From NCBI GenBank assembly GCA_965644295.1, contig CBFFRP010000363.1, forward strand, positions 1-64,000: a stretch of DNA of 64,000 nucleotides, read 5' to 3'. Below are positions 63,097-64,000 of the stretch, in pieces; within the stretch, counting starts at the first letter, position 1, and every line of letters begins with the position of its first letter. The position numbers were made by a program, and so were the translations under genes. The DNA is from Paraphysomonas bandaiensis (taxonomy: Eukaryota; Protista; Chrysophyceae). The notes below the pieces were generated by a model. It searched no databases and was not told the origin of the DNA. It saw nothing but the letters and a program-made list of their open reading frames with translations.

Positions 63097-64000
63097 ATGT
63101 TTCGCGGTGGTGGAAGAGGTGGTAGAGGAGATGGTGGAAGAGGTAGAGGAGGCCGGGATGGTGGACGCGGCGGAAGAGGCGGAGGCCGTGGTGGTGGCCG
63201 AGGTGGTGGTCGCGGTGGAGGCCGTGGTGGTGGCCGAGGTGGAGGTCGCGGTGGCGGGTTAGTAAATATAATTTGCAATAATATGATACTCACTGTTTAT
63301 TTAGCCGTGGTGGTGGCATGAAGGGCGGTGCCAAGGTTGTCATTGAGGCCCACAGACACGAGGGTGTCTTCATCGCACGTTCTAAGGAGGATGCTCTCGT
63401 TACTTTGAACTCAACTCCTGGCAAAGATGTCTATGGAGAAAAGAGAATACAGGTTGATGGACCCCCTGGAGCTGATGGAGTCGTCACAAAGCTCGAGTAC
63501 AGAGTATGGAACCCTTTCCGCTCCAAGCTTGCTGCTGCCATTCTTGGTGGTGTTGATAACATCTATATGGGCCCTGGTAGGTTAATACCTTGTATGTGCT
63601 ATTCACGAAGTAGGTAATTTCTTTGTAACAGGTTCTAAAGTACTGTACATTGGTGCTGCTGCGGGAACAACTGTGTCTCACGTATCTGATATTGTTGGGC
63701 CAACCGGATCTGTGTACGCTGTCGAATTTGCCCACCGCCCTGGCCGTGATTTAATCAACATGTCCAAGTCCCGCACTAACGTTATTCCAATCATCGAAGA
63801 CGCTCGTCACCCTCTCAAATACCGCATGCTCATGGGCATGGTGGACACCATCTTTGCGGATGTCGCACAGCCCGATCAGGCCCGTATCGTCGGTCTCAAC
63901 GCCAACTATTTCCTAAAGAACGGTGGACACTTTGTCATCTCCATCAAGGCGTCTTGCATTGACTCCACTGCCCCTGCAGAGGAGGTGTTTGCAAGAGAGG
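63097..64000 (+). CDS. FBL: Fibrillarin (rRNA 2'-O-methyltransferase), runs off the window end
   Basis: RGG (GAR) domain, [54 protein letters not shown]. Confidence 0.97.

Noticed and set aside
63027-63293. Pro-Arg-rich minus-strand ORF
   Set aside because: Antisense shadow of the fibrillarin RGG domain; likewise most short antisense ORFs in the track shadow real exons.

Overview
Gene-dense eukaryotic nuclear DNA with many short (~35-110 nt) GT-AG introns. The gene set and an RGS-LOV photoreceptor suggest an ochrophyte stramenopile, but that is inference only. About 20 host genes can be reconstructed by hand-splicing: SNRNP70, a PH-PEBP-ARH-NmrA-PH fusion, an SLC35B3-like transporter, PLAC8, DUF1810, a calflagin-like protein, RAD51C, PDXK, anoctamin, an ENT-like transporter, PH-PX, PX-GOLD, RGS-LOV, CABLES, DEX1-like, class I HDAC, SDHA, fibrillarin and hypotheticals. 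Three higher-order patterns stand out. (1) Genes alternate strand almost perfectly as head-to-head pairs. Long (TACA/TATG)n arrays sit only in the divergent promoter gaps, while transposon debris sits in gaps downstream of gene 3' ends. (2) Five insertions of an RNase H-containing non-LTR retroelement group share a ~180-nt structured 3' module with no poly(A) tail. Four have visible 12-16 bp target-site duplications. The bodies attached to the module differ: an RNase H/CCHC ORF, an unrelated 401-aa ORF ending in the same conserved peptide, an inverted >=361-aa ORF missing from the ORF track, and a structured mostly noncoding body. (3) An apparently novel five-domain fusion gene. Exon boundaries and domain names come from manual reading and motif recognition, not database searches.
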